Of a DNA stretch of 64,000 bases, positions 61,803-64,000 are shown in pieces. The DNA is taken from the NCBI GenBank assembly GCA_044426085.1, contig JAWXUU010000011.1, forward strand, positions 3,069-67,068, given 5' to 3'. The translations under genes were made by a program, and so were the position numbers. The first letter of the stretch is position 1; each line of letters opens with the position of its first letter. This stretch comes from Bacillota bacterium (lineage in GTDB: Bacteria; Bacillota; Clostridia; Christensenellales; CAMQZB01). The notes beneath the pieces are model-generated. The model had not been told where the DNA came from. It ran no database searches and saw nothing but the letters and a program-made list of their open reading frames with translations.

Positions 61803-62660
61803 ATGAACACAAATATTGATAATAGAAGAAAAAAATTAATTAATAGTTCGCATGGTGATGGAGAATGGTGGAAAATGGTTTATCGAGGATATGAATTTAT
61901 AGAACACGAATGCGAAAAGAATGAGGATTTATGTTCTTCTTTGAAGGTTAACTCAATCAAATTTAGCAGATATATATATCAAGATGTCAGAAATGGAGAA
62001 GTAGATCATGCGCATCGTCATATAGCTAATAATGTTGTTAATGAATTGAAAGAGTGCGGATATATAAAATTTCTTAAGAAAAATGATGTATGGATGTTAA
62101 AAATTGCTGATAAATTAGATATCTTTGATGATTCCATTATAAAATCAAAATTTAAACATGTCAAAATGGAAGAGAAGGCAATTTTAACAAGTAAAGAGAA
62201 AGCACGGAAAGTACATCAGCATCTTTTGAAAAATGGCATAAACATTTATGAATGGGAAAGAAAGTGTTTTAAATGTGGTAAAAAAACGAAAGTTAAAACG
62301 TATTTGCTAGCTAATCAAATATTGAATGAACTAGGTGAAGAGTTTGTTCCGTGTGCTAAGGAATATAGGGATTTTAATTTGTTTGAAACATTAGGTTTGG
62401 GATATTTTGATAGTTTAGATAATTACCTTATGGAATTGTATCCTACAATAAAGAAAAAATATTCAAAAGAAATGGGGAAAGAATATGTAATGAATACCTG
62501 CAATATATGTGGAATGCACTTTGGAATAAACTACACTGTGTATCAACCAAAGGAAATTTTAAATATGCCTAAAAAAGATTTGGAAAATCTGATTGTAGAT
62601 AGAGTCGATATAAAAGATTTAATCAGTGAATTTGACATATTGATATACATGAAAGATTAG
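61803..62660 (+). CDS. Hypothetical protein with two zinc-ribbon-like CxxC pairs
   Basis: 285 aa. GGAG RBS. CFKCGKKTK ... CNICGMHFG. No family recognised. Confidence 0.55.
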   Translation: MNTNIDNRRKKLINSSHGDGEWWKMVYRGYEFIEHECEKNEDLCSSLKVNSIKFSRYIYQDVRNGEVDHAHRHIANNVVNELKECGYIKFLKKNDVWMLKIADKLDIFDDSIIKSKFKHVKMEEKAILTSKEKARKVHQHLLKNGINIYEWERKCFKCGKKTKVKTYLLANQILNELGEEFVPCAKEYRDFNLFETLGLGYFDSLDNYLMELYPTIKKKYSKEMGKEYVMNTCNICGMHFGINYTVYQPKEILNMPKKDLENLIVDRVDIKDLISEFDILIYMKD

Positions 62661-62773
62661 AGAAGATGAGTTTTGTTTTTCGTCCATTGTATAGCTTTAT
62701 ATAAATAGCATTTGGCGTTGACGCCATATGTATAAAATGATATAATCTATTTATCAATATCATGGAGGTGTTT

Positions 62774-63277
62774 ATGTTACAACTGATATTAAGCTCATCG
62801 CTTGCCGAAATGGATAAGGATATACTTGTAGAAATCTATGAAAAATACAGTGGTGTTATTCGTAAAACAGCTATGGGAATTGTGAAAAACGCTAGCGACA
62901 TGGAAGATGTTGAACACGATGTTATATTGAAGCTCATAAAAAATATAGAAACATTGAAACAGCTAGAGGAAAAATCCATTGCGGGTTATATAATAACGAC
63001 TGCAAAGTTCACGAGTTTTGATTTGCTCCGAAAAAGGAATCGCAGAAAGGAAACTTTGCTTGAAGATGTCTTTTCTTCGGTAGATGAAAGAGAAATTGAA
63101 GATAAAAAAGAGATTGCAGGTTTTTCAAGTTTAGCGCAAAAAGAGCAGTTGCTTATGAATTTAAAATATGTTGAAGAAATGTCGTCAAAGGAGATTGCAA
63201 AGCAATTTAATACGACAGAAAACGCAATAAATTTAATTTTGTTTAAGGCGAAAGAAAAAATTAGAAAAAATTTATAA
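62774..63277 (+). CDS. ECF-type sigma-70 family sigma factor
   Basis: GGAGG 5 nt before ATG 62774 (track ORF opens at 62762). Region 2 (EDVEHDVILKLIKN, AGYIITTAKFTSFDLLRKR) and region 4 HTH (MSSKEIAKQFNTTENAINLILFKAKEKIRK). Confidence 0.75.
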   Translation: MLQLILSSSLAEMDKDILVEIYEKYSGVIRKTAMGIVKNASDMEDVEHDVILKLIKNIETLKQLEEKSIAGYIITTAKFTSFDLLRKRNRRKETLLEDVFSSVDEREIEDKKEIAGFSSLAQKEQLLMNLKYVEEMSSKEIAKQFNTTENAINLILFKAKEKIRKNL

Positions 63278-63340
63278 AAAGCAGAAAGATTTTATATTTT
63301 TAGAACGTCTTATAAGTGAAAGATAAAATCGGAGGATAAA

Positions 63341-64000
63341 ATGAAATCGCTCAAACAAATACAAAATGAAATTGAAGACTTGCGTATCATGGAAAACGTG
63401 ATGATATCCATGCAAGATGAAGGTGAAAAGGTCATTGAAAATATCGGTGACTACGATAAGTATAAATCAGCTTCAAACAAAAAAATAAACAAACTCAAAA
63501 GTCGTGCGAAACTAAAAGAAATATGCTTGCATGCATTTAAATTCAGCAAAAAAGCAGTTGCGTGTTTTGGAGTATTGGTGATTTTTGCCACAGCTATGAT
63601 AGTTCCAAACCAAACAGTCATGGCACAAATAGCAGAATATCTAGCAACGAGATACGAAACGCATTTTGAAATCCAAACGGGAACAAATGGCGAGGATATA
63701 AATTTTATGCACAATGCTGAGAACTGTTTTGGGTATTTGCCAGAAGGGTATGAAATTTCAGAAATAGATTTGACAAAAAGTTCTATTCAAGCCACCTCAG
63801 TCAAATTAGTAAACGATGAGATTTCTATGCTAGAAATTAATATTACAAACGATTTAAATTTCTATGTTGATGCGGAAAACGGAACAGTGATTGAAGAAGG
63901 CTATTTTGAAGGCAGCCCATATACCTATATGCTCAATGAAGAAAACAATAGTCAAATATATATTATAAAAACAGATGATACAATTATCTATTGTAAACAC
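63341..64000 (+). CDS. Putative anti-sigma factor / DUF4367-like membrane protein (3' end outside window)
   Basis: GGAGG RBS before ATG 63341. I read 220 codons to the window edge with no stop. One TM helix (AVACFGVLVIFATAMIV). It directly follows the sigma gene. It is absent from the ORF track because it is open-ended. Confidence 0.6.
   Translation, partial: MKSLKQIQNEIEDLRIMENVMISMQDEGEKVIENIGDYDKYKSASNKKINKLKSRAKLKEICLHAFKFSKKAVACFGVLVIFATAMIVPNQTVMAQIAEYLATRYETHFEIQTGTNGEDINFMHNAENCFGYLPEGYEISEIDLTKSSIQATSVKLVNDEISMLEINITNDLNFYVDAENGTVIEEGYFEGSPYTYMLNEENNSQIYIIKTDDTIIYCKH

Noticed and set aside
63451-63714. 87-aa minus-strand ORF near the window end.
   Set aside because: It lies inside the open-ended plus-strand ORF (63341 to beyond 64000). 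That ORF has a GGAGG SD, a TM helix and the expected position after an ECF sigma gene.

Overview
This window looks like a chromosome segment from a low-GC, endospore-forming Firmicute (Clostridia-like). Core genes: rpsG-fusA-tuf, spoIIAA-spoIIAB-sigF, two tRNA clusters (6 and 7 genes), nagB, a DegV protein, an AGCS transporter behind a tandem glycine riboswitch, an RluA-family synthase, ppa, ylmC/ymxH-like, a DUF1294 protein, spoIVA, an MscS channel, rdgB and a YfcE-like phosphoesterase. About two thirds of the window is accessory. (1) E1 is a 13.1-kb element integrated in tRNA-Tyr, bounded by perfect 59-bp direct repeats at 10302-10360 and 23314-23372. (2) E2 is a 12.9-kb syntenic but strongly diverged relative in tRNA-Leu(UAG), bounded by 56-bp repeats at 36196-36251 and 49005-49060. 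(3) From 49.06 kb there are att scars, an integrase remnant and a very AT-rich island. The island carries a candidate type III toxin-antitoxin locus, three tandem XRE regulators, a repeat-protein/deaminase-fold pair, a five-gene Ser/Thr-kinase operon, a decayed response regulator and a sigma/anti-sigma pair. The main candidate novelty is E1/E2. Each has int plus an XRE repressor facing an operon for a pVIII-like small protein and 3-4 large secreted, C-terminally membrane-anchored proteins. These large proteins are built from long arrays of DnaJ-type CxxCxGxG / CxxCxDG knuckles plus Ig-like modules. The operon continues with small hydrophobic proteins, a membrane-anchored P-loop ATPase and a replication initiator (Rep_trans in E1, RepA_N/DnaD-like with intragenic iterons in E2). 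Neither element has tailed-phage or type IV secretion genes. I read them as inovirus-like (filamentous-phage-like) integrative elements with an undescribed surface-protein family, but this is inference from sequence alone. Several structured repeat families (palindromic elements with microsatellite arms, a covarying hairpin array, about 190-bp terminator-bearing tandem repeats) fill the intergenic regions. All coordinates and motifs were read by eye from the sequence and ORF track. No database search was run.
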